The notes under the pieces are model-generated. The model ran no database searches. It was given only the letters and a program-made list of their open reading frames with translations, and was not told the origin of the DNA. The position numbers and the translations under genes are program-made. Below are positions 26,322-32,611 of a DNA stretch of 64,000 bases, one piece after another; the stretch's first letter is position 1; every line of letters begins with the position of its first letter. Source of the DNA: a virus (lineage: Duplodnaviria > Caudoviricetes); the IMG/VR virus record IMGVR_UViG_3300028591_000094, positions 32,001 through 96,000 of that record, one strand, 5' to 3'.

Positions 26322-26761
26322 ATTTATAATGGCTACGCATGACCCAGGTAGCAACGGGACTTCAGCTATTAACGACTAGAAGTTTGCAACGTCCTTCCAT
26401 AAAGGTTCGTGACCGACGCTTTCACGTTGACCGCTTGTATTGGTTATTGTGTCGTGGCAGGGAAACATCCCAACATCAGCTTACTAACGCCTCTCCGCCA
26501 CACCCCTCTCTCGTGTAAGTGTAATGTCTTTATCGCTTCGGGATTGTCTTGCATCGCTCCTCTTTGCACTATAATAAAACGGTTTGGAGTTCTTCCGTAA
26601 CAGACCTGTCTAGTATTCCGCCAAAATCGGGGCGGTGCTTCTCTTTCAAGGAGTGCTTGTCTGTCATTCCGCACTTCCCCATCCCGTGGGGAGACCTTTA
26701 CATCGGGTGCCTATCATTTCAGCATGGAGCAGCCAGTGCTCAACCCAGTTTGAGAAGCTTG

Positions 26762-26835
26762 CTCCCCAGGCAGGACTCGAACCTGCGACCCCCTGATTAA
26801 CAGTCAGGTGCTCTAACCAACTGAGCTACTGAGGA
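26762..26835 (-). tRNA. tRNA-Asn(GUU)
   Basis: CCTGA-CTGTTAA-TCAGG. Confidence 0.94.
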
Positions 26836-27112
26836 TTGTATTCAAAACGTTTTGTTTTACCTGCTTAGCGAAAAACGTTAATCGTTTTGGTAAAACAATC
26901 TAAATTAATAATCAAAATAAATTACACTTTAAAGCATTTATTTAAGGGCTTGGATTGCATTTTATCCCTCGTTCAGCGTCGGGGTAGCTACTTCCCCATA
27001 GTGCCTGTCCAATCGATTTCTATGGTCTTATCGTTCGGCCTCCTGTTGCGCTCAGGTGCTTCTCTCGGTGGTTTTTTATGCGCGCTACCACCGTTATGTA
27101 TTGTGTAACTTG

Positions 27113-27930
27113 TAGCGGGAGAGGGACTCGAACCCCCGACCTCAAGGTTATAACATTAATACTCCATTATCATATTCCCAATGGTGGTTAGGGCACAATC
27201 CTATGAGATTGCTAATAGAGTTTATCACGCTTACTGGTGTACAATCATCAAATTCAGAAACTGCTTTTATGTGAGCAACCTCAACATGATTTTTGTAACC
27301 GCAAATATGACAACTTGGATTTTCTGTGTTTTCAAAAAATACTTTTCTAGCATCTTTCTGTATTGCAGAACGAGCGGATTGCCAATTTTTCCTATTTTTG
27401 AACAACTCACCCTTCGTTTTGTTGTGAACATCATCAGTAACTGTAAGTTGTAGTTCCATACCTAACTTCGAACATCTTTCAGTTATTGCTTTTTTGGTGT
27501 TACTTGCAAGACATTTACACTTGTAACCAAGTTTTTTACCAATTTCTACCCAAGTTTTCGATGATTTTATAATATCAATGAACTCTTCATCACTTGGTGC
27601 GTTAACGAATGAAAACGTCTCAGTTTTCTTGTGTGAAAAATTTTCAATTTCGTTAATTTTTCTTCTTTGCGGTAACTTGATACCTAGTCGTTTTGCTCTT
27701 TTTTTTACAGCATTACCACTAATACCAAGTATTTTACCAATAGCGGAATAACTTTCATTCTGCTCTAAAATCATCTTTTTCAAAAATTCTTCTTCATTCA
27801 TAACAACTCTTTATTATAAATAGTTGTTACTTTTAAAAACGAACCTTCTTATTAAGAATAATCTTAGTTCGAATGGGTTTCGGCTTTTAAACCGTAAGAG
27901 CCTTGCGAGCTACCACTGCTCCATCCCGCA
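27113..27930 (-). tRNA. tRNA-fMet(CAU) split in the anticodon by a 746-nt HNH insertion (halves 27898..27930 and 27113..27151)
   Basis: CAAGGCTC joined to ATAACCTTG restores an initiator-type tRNA with a 1:72 mismatch. Confidence 0.85.
27148..27801 (-). CDS. HNH endonuclease inside tRNA-fMet
   Basis: CHICG, VEVAHIK, N..NLIGLCPNHHWEYD; N-terminal HTH. Confidence 0.92.
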   Translation of the reverse strand: MNEEEFLKKMILEQNESYSAIGKILGISGNAVKKRAKRLGIKLPQRRKINEIENFSHKKTETFSFVNAPSDEEFIDIIKSSKTWVEIGKKLGYKCKCLASNTKKAITERCSKLGMELQLTVTDDVHNKTKGELFKNRKNWQSARSAIQKDARKVFFENTENPSCHICGYKNHVEVAHIKAVSEFDDCTPVSVINSISNLIGLCPNHHWEYDNGVLML

Positions 27931-28197
27931 ATATATCTAATTATTTATTTTTTATCTAAAAAAACTTGTTGGTCATACTACCTAACTTACTACTGTGTCT
28001 ACAATCATTATACGCTGATTGAGAAGTTGGGAATTTAACCCATTCTTTCACCCAAGCATTCATTGGGCTTTATCAGTGCAACAAGTATTAGAATTTAACG
28101 TTTGTACGCTATGGGCGTGAACCTTTCCCATATTAAACTGTTTTTTCCAGTGGGTCACTTGGAACACAGCTGACGATTCATTTATAACAAACGTTAG

Positions 28198-28280
28198 TGG
28201 GTAGGGGAGGATTCGAACCTCCGAACCCGAAAGGGAGCGGATTTACAGTCCGCCGCGTTTAGCCACTTCGCTACCTACCC
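28198..28280 (-). tRNA. tRNA-Tyr(GUA)
   Basis: GCGGA-CTGTAAA-TCCGC. Confidence 0.94.
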
Positions 28281-28370
28281 AGATTGGGCCTGGCTTTCAC
28301 AGGCCCTGTTTTTTTGAAGTCTTTACTGTCCGCTACATCCTCTAAACATCAGAAACAAGTATGTGTAAAA

Positions 28371-28907
28371 TCAAATTTCTCCTTTTTGTTCGAGGAATCT
28401 GAGTATCACTTCCTCCGCATTGAATGAAAACTTGTCGTTGTCCATATGAACGCTTCTGTCGATTGTGATATTGTTGTCCTCAATCATCTTGAGTATATCG
28501 AGATGCACTTTCCTGGCCTCTTCCTCGGTCTGGTAGCGCCCTTCCTGTTGATACGGGAAATTGCGTTCCAGAACGAAATTGATGTTGTAGAATGAGTTGA
28601 ACGCCGACATCACAAGCTCCTTGAAATTCGGGATATTCTCCCTGTCGTAGTAGTAGCAGAACGGAAGCGGACTGTCTGTTATGACGTAATCCACTTTATC
28701 GCGCAACCGCCAGAGCTTGTGGTACATCTTACCGAAGATGTAGATTTGCTCCCCCAACTCCTTGTTTCGCTCGGTCCAAACAAGGTCCTTCGCGAACTCG
28801 GTTATCATTTCAACGTTCAGTCCGCACCTTTTCATAAGGGCGAACAATGCTGCTGCCGTGGTTGATTTTCCGCAACCAGGGCCAGCGAATAGATTAATGA
28901 CTTTCAT
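28371..28907 (-). CDS. P-loop ATPase/kinase (AAA_28, NadR-like)
   Basis: GPGCGKST Walker A, ITDSP, GRYQ. Confidence 0.85.
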   Translation of the reverse strand: MKVINLFAGPGCGKSTTAAALFALMKRCGLNVEMITEFAKDLVWTERNKELGEQIYIFGKMYHKLWRLRDKVDYVITDSPLPFCYYYDRENIPNFKELVMSAFNSFYNINFVLERNFPYQQEGRYQTEEEARKVHLDILKMIEDNNITIDRSVHMDNDKFSFNAEEVILRFLEQKGEI

Positions 28908-28924
28908 GTTGTGTGAAATTTTTG

Positions 28925-28998
28925 TGGAGTCGACTTGACTTGAACAAGTGCCTGCGGATTTTCAGTCCGCCGTGACAAACCCTCTACACCACAACTCC
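28925..28998 (-). tRNA. tRNA-Phe(GAA)
   Basis: GCGGA-CTGAAAA-TCCGC. Confidence 0.9.
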
Positions 28999-29018
28999 AA
29001 TAGCGGTACTTTTTTTAG

Positions 29019-29090
29019 AACTACGGACGGGACTCGAACCCGCATCTGCCCCCCGATAAGGGGGCCGTCCTACCATTAAACGACCGTACT
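29019..29090 (-). ncRNA. tRNA-like RNA with an 8-nt anticodon loop (CTTATCGG)
   Basis: Cloverleaf with GCCCC/GGGGC stem and a G2:G71 mismatch. Confidence 0.65.
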
Positions 29091-29190
29091 TATCCCCACC
29101 ACATTCCACATCGGCTGTCGTTACCAACCGAAGGTTCAATGTCGAGAACGACCCTTGCCCGCTTAACGACTGCGGGTTCAGGAAATTTAG

Positions 29191-29264
29191 CGGTACGTAT
29201 GGGACTCGAACCCATGACCTCCGCCGTGACAGGGCGGCATTCTAGCCAGCTGAACTAACGCACC
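29191..29264 (-). tRNA. tRNA-Asp(GUC)
   Basis: CCGCC-CTGTCAC-GGCGG. Confidence 0.95.
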
Positions 29265-29274
29265 GAATTTTTTG

Positions 29275-29360
29275 TTGGCGGAGAGGGACTTGAACCCCCA
29301 GGGCCCGTTAAGGCAACAGATTTACAGTCTGTCCCGCTACCAATTACGGTCTATCCACCA
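29275..29360 (-). tRNA. tRNA-Tyr(GUA), second atypical copy
   Basis: ACAGA-CTGTAAA-TCTGT; extra nucleotides between acceptor and D stems. Confidence 0.82.
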
Positions 29361-29367
29361 AGATAAA

Positions 29368-29449
29368 CAGAAGACTAAATTTTCCACCACTTTCCTTTTG
29401 TAGAAATTTTTTTGTTTTCGTAGAAAGGAGTGTTTGCTGTATGTCTTCC
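29368..29449 (-). ncRNA. ACAGCAA-motif RNA, copy C
   Basis: GGAAGAC-ATACAGCAA...GTCTTCT-G. Confidence 0.7.
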
Positions 29450-29587
29450 ATAACAAGGTCGTCCAAAAGCCGTATCTTTCACCGCTCGGTGTATGCCGTC
29501 ATTGACGGTCCGAAAAAAGTGGAGGTGATAAGCAGGTGGAAAAGAACAACCTGGTTTTATTAGTTATTTCATTATTGTTAAATCGGG

Positions 29588-29671
29588 CGGAGACGGAGGG
29601 ACTCGAACCCCCACCCCTTTACGGAGAATGGTTTTCAGGACCACGGCAGTACCAATTATGCTTACGTCTCC
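29588..29671 (-). tRNA. tRNA-Ser(UGA)
   Basis: GTGGT-CCTGAAA-ACCAT, long variable arm, G73. Confidence 0.9.
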
Positions 29672-29679
29672 GATAATAA

Positions 29680-29765
29680 CAAAAGCCAGGGCAGGTTTAA
29701 ATTACCGCGGGTTTAATCATTAATTGTGATTACCTTTTTGTGTTTTTGTTTGCTGTACGGCTTTC
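29680..29765 (-). ncRNA. ACAGCAA-motif RNA, copy D
   Basis: GAAAGCC-GTACAGCAA...GGCTTTT-G. Confidence 0.68.
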
Positions 29766-29844
29766 ATGTGTGTCCCCTGAAAAATCCTTTTGGGTTTATT
29801 TATTCCCCCATAACGGCGTCTAAACCTCAGGGACGTGCCTGTTG

Positions 29845-29917
29845 AGCGGAAGACGAGACTCGAACTCGCAACCCCCTGACTGGCAGTCAGGTGCTCTACC
29901 AATTGAGCTACTTCCGC
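29845..29917 (-). tRNA. tRNA-Gly(GCC)
   Basis: CCTGA-CTGCCAG-TCAGG. Confidence 0.94.
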
Positions 29918-30001
29918 GGATTCCGACAACAATGCAAAAGCGTTTCCGCTTATGCGCGCAGTTGTCGGTTTCGGTTTTTCCTATTTGAATTTTTTACCAA
30001 G

Positions 30002-30056
30002 ATGTCAAAGAACTCCGTTCACTTTATGTTCACCCTCACAGATATTAATATACGAT
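30002..30056 (-). promoter_or_regulatory. tRNA array leader: class I promoter, TGTGAGGGTGA and boxA
   Basis: CGTATATTA..TGTGAGGGTGA..AGTTCTTTGACAT, as at about 7.5 kb. Confidence 0.75.
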
Positions 30057-30127
30057 TTTTTTGTCTGCTATATCACTTTTTCATAATTTTTTTTTCTCTT
30101 TTGTGTTTTTTGTCCCTTTCGACACTT

Positions 30128-30157
30128 ATATAACGCAAGCGAACCTGTTTTTTGTAC
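30128..30157 (-). promoter_or_regulatory. Class II promoter motif
   Basis: Identical 30-mer to 8551..8580. Confidence 0.8.
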
Positions 30158-30187
30158 GACCCTTGAAAAATTTTTTTTATATCCCTT

Positions 30188-30225
30188 AAAAAACAAAGGC
30201 TCAACTTTCTTTCGAACGTCAAGCC
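30188..30225 (-). terminator. Intrinsic terminator (candidate attenuator)
   Basis: GGCTTGAC/GTTGAGCC stem followed by TTTGTTTTTT. Confidence 0.75.
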
Positions 30226-30270
30226 AGTGGGAATATATGTTGGGTTGAAACTGTCAGTCCTGTATTGACG

Positions 30271-30363
30271 TTACATAATATAGTGCCATGCGTAATCGGG
30301 TTCATCATTAAAGAGTGAAATCTCGATTCCGCAGACTGGTTTACTATATGTATGTAGTGCCAT
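30271..30363 (-). CDS. Candidate attenuator leader peptide MALHTYSKPVCGIEISLFNDEPDYAWHYIM
   Basis: ATG in A-rich context after a TATTTAT promoter; stop codon overlaps the antiterminator arm. Confidence 0.7.
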   Translation of the reverse strand: MALHTYSKPVCGIEISLFNDEPDYAWHYIM

Positions 30364-30445
30364 TTGTTTTCAGGGCGTTTTATATAATAATAAATATATG
30401 GTAGAATTTCAAAATTACCAAAAAAGATTAAAAAAGTTGAAAAAA

Positions 30446-32599
30446 TTATAAATTTTCCAGTTCGCTGTCGGTGCAGAGGTAGTCTCCGAAGTCCATTTTC
30501 TCCAAGACGTCATCCATTGGCTCGTGCTCATATATCACATGTTCGCTCGGCTGGTAGTAGTAGTCAGTGCCGTTGTATTTGACCCATGACAGTCCGTTTT
30601 CATCGACGTCGCTACACATATCGAACCAAACGGGCGATGCAAAGTTCTTTCTGCCCTCTGGCGCCTTGATTAGGTTGTATTTTCCATCCGAGCGGCGTTT
30701 AACCAGCATGTATCCGTTGATGACGCGGTATGAATCTATGATTGACTGGAGCTGGTGTCTCCAATCGTTGTTTCCGCTGTCGTTGTTTGGCATGGTCGGC
30801 ACATAGTCGCGATAGTTGCCGCCGATGAAAGCCAGCGGGTCGTGACGGTTGTATGTTCTGTCCCACAGTTGGTCGTCGATATCAACCTTATGCCAAGTGT
30901 CGTTTGGATTCGCCAGGTTCTTATATGATATAGGTATTATAGTTCCGTCGTCGGTTGTAAGCACGGCGTTATGGTCAACATTTCCGTCATATAGAAATCC
31001 CTTCACGCCCGCAGCATGCACTGCATGGTCAGCTCTGCCTCCGATACCTCTGTCTGAACCCAACGGAGCGTTGACAAGAGCGTCGAGCAGTCTTCTGATT
31101 ACCTGGCTGCCAGACCGTCTTCCTATGTCCAGAAGTCCGCGGAGTGTTCCGTCAGCCGCCCATCTTTTGTACTGTTCGGGGAAGAATCTCTGTATCTGTT
31201 CTTCGTATGTTCCCTGTATGCCATATTTTTCAGCCATCCAGGGGTGGGGTGTTATGTATCCATTCGCCACTATATTCTTTGGGGTCGCGTAGCACCATAC
31301 AGTATCGCCGTATACTCTCGGCGTGTTAATCTTGTATTGACAGCCGTATGTACCCGAGCCTAGAAAGTCCGAGTTGTCGTTTCCAGTGCCCCTGAATTCC
31401 TTTGTAAAGCCGTTTTTGGCAATGCTTTCCGTCTGTTTGGACGGAGCCAGGCGGTAGAAGTAGAAGAATTTGCTGTCCTCGTTCGGGTTGTAATCGACCT
31501 CGTCTTTCTCAACGTCTGGGACATATTCATCGATGCCTTCCTTCAGCTGTCTGGATTTTGATTCCGCGATGTTCTGTTGTTTCAATTCCTCTGGTGTGCA
31601 GAGATAGTCCCCGAAGTCCAACTTTTCCTCCAACTCGACTGGGTCGGTAGTGTATTCGTATATGACGTTTTCCGATGGCTGGTAATAATAATAGGTGCCC
31701 TTGTATTTTACAATAGCGAGTCCGTTTTTGTCAACGTCGCTGCACAGGTCGAACCACACTGGCGAAGCGGGTTGTTTTGTCTTCGGGTTGACCAGGTTGT
31801 AGCCTTTGCTGGATTGGACGAGGAAATAGCCGTTCACGCAACGCAGGTTCTCGGCTGACGTGACTTTGTTCGGGCTGTGCGGGTCGGACATAAAATAATT
31901 CTTAAATTCCTTTCCGAACGCCACACTGGGCTCATAAGTATTCGCCGTGACATCCACCGTATCCTGTGTCGCCAGCGGAATCCAAGTGCGCCCGTCGTCC
32001 TTGGTGTATTGATATGGTATGACCCGTTTGAAATCCTTCCACAATCCCCAGTCTCCGCCGTTGTTCCAAAACAGACCGTCGATATCGTAGTGGTGAAATA
32101 TGCTATCGTCAATCTGGCTCCAGTTGCGAACCAGTCCAGCACAACTGCCGTATCTTTTGAGTTTCTGGGCATCGCGCGGGTCTTTCACTAGTTTGTCCAC
32201 CTGTTGCTCAAAGGACAGACTGCCGTGAGCCATTTTTGCCAAATCGTTTGTGAATGTGGCTCTGACGCCTTGGTCAATCAAACATCTGTCGAAACCAGGA
32301 ACCACTATTTTCATGATAACGTCACCGTAACTTGAAGCCATACCAGGGTCTAATTCCCCTTCCAGGGTGGTTGTACAATACAAACCAAACCCATAGACAT
32401 GCGCCCCGTTGCTTCCGATGAACTCCCTGGATACACCAGTTTTCTTTATTGCGTCAATGTTGCGGCTCCACGTCCTGGAATATATTACGAACGATTTATT
32501 GTCTTTTGCGAATCCATGTAAATCGTCAAGGGTGTTGATTCCTTCAATATATTCTTCAACACCCTCGTTGATTATCCTATTGCAACTGTCTGGAAACAT
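30446..32599 (-). CDS. Internally duplicated protein: two copies of an ART/PARP-like domain plus WG-like repeat; probable virion-internal protein
   Basis: I..(T/N)G...EF.G..G.G.Y..YGD in both halves; near-identical ASPVWFD.CSDVD.NGL..YYYQPSE..DFGDYLCT tails. Confidence 0.65.
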   Translation of the reverse strand: MFPDSCNRIINEGVEEYIEGINTLDDLHGFAKDNKSFVIYSRTWSRNIDAIKKTGVSREFIGSNGAHVYGFGLYCTTTLEGELDPGMASSYGDVIMKIVVPGFDRCLIDQGVRATFTNDLAKMAHGSLSFEQQVDKLVKDPRDAQKLKRYGSCAGLVRNWSQIDDSIFHHYDIDGLFWNNGGDWGLWKDFKRVIPYQYTKDDGRTWIPLATQDTVDVTANTYEPSVAFGKEFKNYFMSDPHSPNKVTSAENLRCVNGYFLVQSSKGYNLVNPKTKQPASPVWFDLCSDVDKNGLAIVKYKGTYYYYQPSENVIYEYTTDPVELEEKLDFGDYLCTPEELKQQNIAESKSRQLKEGIDEYVPDVEKDEVDYNPNEDSKFFYFYRLAPSKQTESIAKNGFTKEFRGTGNDNSDFLGSGTYGCQYKINTPRVYGDTVWCYATPKNIVANGYITPHPWMAEKYGIQGTYEEQIQRFFPEQYKRWAADGTLRGLLDIGRRSGSQVIRRLLDALVNAPLGSDRGIGGRADHAVHAAGVKGFLYDGNVDHNAVLTTDDGTIIPISYKNLANPNDTWHKVDIDDQLWDRTYNRHDPLAFIGGNYRDYVPTMPNNDSGNNDWRHQLQSIIDSYRVINGYMLVKRRSDGKYNLIKAPEGRKNFASPVWFDMCSDVDENGLSWVKYNGTDYYYQPSEHVIYEHEPMDDVLEKMDFGDYLCTDSELENL

Positions 32600-32611
32600 T
32601 CGTTTGAAACT

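Noticed and set aside
24700-26760. RNase P, 6S, GOLLD or ROOL assignment for the large spacer RNAs
   Set aside because: Signature sequences such as the RNase P GAGGAAAGUCC were not found; naming would need cmscan.
20734-27108. Short ORF-track ORFs over the tRNA array (for example 22016, 22445, 24460, 26043)
   Set aside because: They overlap tRNAs or structured RNAs and lack coding features.
27152-27897. Group I or group II intron in tRNA-fMet
   Set aside because: No P/Q/R/S core, no terminal G at the junction, no GUGYG start or domain V; under 100 nt is non-coding.
24118-27897. Pairing of the fMet insert start (ACGGTTT) with the intron-like RNA end (AAACCGT) as evidence of trans-splicing
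   Set aside because: Only 7 bp, AT-rich and competing with local stems; insufficient without data.
25055-29765. ACAGCAA repeats as a CRISPR array
   Set aside because: The copies are dispersed, irregularly spaced and covary as stems rather than being identical direct repeats.
18868-29917. Theta (HDV-like), hammerhead or pistol ribozymes at tRNA 3' ends
   Set aside because: Pseudoknots are present, but I could not match the catalytic consensus by eye.
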